Virus record (IMG/VR): IMGVR_UViG_3300037127_000036
Coordinates: 1-25,748 of that record
Source: a virus
Lineage: Duplodnaviria; Caudoviricetes
Strand: one strand, 5' to 3'
DNA length: 25,748 nt
Shown: positions 25,003-25,748 of the stretch, in pieces
Numbering within the stretch: the stretch's first letter is position 1
How the letters are laid out: the number at the start of each line of letters is the position of its first letter
Program-made: the position numbers and the translations under genes
Notes under the pieces: model-generated
Told to the model about the DNA's origin: nothing
The model's input: only the letters and a program-made list of their open reading frames with translations
The model's database searches: none

Positions 25003-25206
25003 TCAATTTTGACTTGTTGAAAAGCGTAATCCATGGTTTTCAAACCATTGATCCGTTGAGTCTATTGGATAAAGAACACGTCCATTCTTTATTTTTAGAA
25101 ATGGTGGGCCATCACCCATCCAGCGAGATCTTTGAAACCATGCACGTGAATACCCATATCTGGCTGATGCCTCTATGTCTGTAATAAATTTTTGCTTGTT
25201 CTGCAT
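25003..25206 (-). CDS. AlpA/excisionase-like HTH DNA-binding protein
   Basis: ITDIEASARYGYSRAWFQRSRWMGDGPPFLKIKNGRVLYP; GAGGTG RBS. Confidence 0.85.
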   Translation of the reverse strand: MQNKQKFITDIEASARYGYSRAWFQRSRWMGDGPPFLKIKNGRVLYPIDSTDQWFENHGLRFSTSQN

Positions 25207-25443
25207 TTGTTAGCACCTCTTTGTTTTAAATTAAAATCGCTTAAAATGCTTTTTGCTTTGTTTTAAGCAATTATATTAAAACCGAAATACTTTGATTTGT
25301 GACTCCCGCAAAATACCAGTAAATAACCTTAATTCGCGTTAATTGAACAAAATTGCTGCAAATCTTTTTAGTACTTAGTAATGATTTCACTTGGATGGGC
25401 GTGGGGTAGATAACCCTAGACCATGGGGTAATTATATAAAAAA

Positions 25444-25478
25444 TTATCCACTTTTTCTGGGGATAAGTCTGTTGGTAA
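25444..25478. promoter_or_regulatory. DnaA-box-like cluster
   Basis: TTATCCACT (25444), TGGGGATAA (25458, reverse TTATCCCCA) and degenerate TGTTGGTAA (25470) against consensus TTATCCACA. Confidence 0.5.
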
Positions 25479-25525
25479 ATAGAAAAACACTTACCATTTC
25501 ATGGCTTTAACCAAATGAAAGCATA

Positions 25526-25747
25526 TTATACAATTTTAGATACCATCACTAAAACGAAAGATGAACCCTTCTCATAAGGTTTTCTCTCTAAGGCAAGATA
25601 ATCTATCTGGGAATCATCTTCGTACAACCCTGAGCTTCCTAGGGCGTCTAAAATAGCCTTAGCGCAGTTATCTATATCTCTTCTGCGTTTGTCCGGAGGA
25701 TATATTTGTATTTGAACATTTAAAGGACCTCTTAATGGGAAAATACC
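25526..25747 (-). CDS. rusA: RusA-family Holliday junction resolvase, 5'-truncated by the window edge (absent from the ORF track)
   Basis: Manual translation gives YPPDKRRRDIDNCAKAILDALGSSGLYEDDSQIDYL, carrying the RusA DxDN..K...D...DD motif. Confidence 0.92.
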   Translation of the reverse strand, partial: GIFPLRGPLNVQIQIYPPDKRRRDIDNCAKAILDALGSSGLYEDDSQIDYLALERKPYEKGSSFVLVMVSKIV

Positions 25748-25748
25748 A

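Noticed and set aside
24799-25020. ORFs 24799-25020 (+) and 24806-25006 (-) with 7-aa repeats
   Set aside because: They are open as a by-product of stop-free 21-bp repeats and have no recognisable Rep domain; a degraded rep remnant cannot be fully excluded.
25526-25620. Possible frameshift or pseudogenisation of rusA
   Set aside because: Careful translation shows a continuous frame (DDSQIDYLALERKPYEKGSSFVLVMVSKIV*); it is missing from the track only because its start lies outside the window.

Overview
AT-rich tailed-phage (or prophage/phage-plasmid) segment with a complete P22-like podovirus morphogenesis module on the - strand: portal, scaffold, coat, gp4/gp10-like adaptors, needle-position protein, GNAT-like gp14 analogue, three ejection proteins and a tail fibre. 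These are followed by an RcGTA Rcc01079-like head-spike base gene, four paralogous fibre genes and a GH108 lysis cassette. The terminase large subunit is on the + strand, divergent from the portal, about 1.7 kb from terS, and is bracketed by a 17/20 inverted repeat. The right end holds small early/accessory genes, a tRNA-Asn, three different 21-bp tandem arrays, an AlpA/Xis-like HTH gene, DnaA-box-like sites and the 3' part of a RusA resolvase. The most notable candidates are a four-fibre head-spike system, a possibly inverted or invertible terL cassette, a composite iteron-like array, and a duplication fusing an overprinted peptide to the coat C-terminus. All family calls come from motif recognition and gene order, not database searches.
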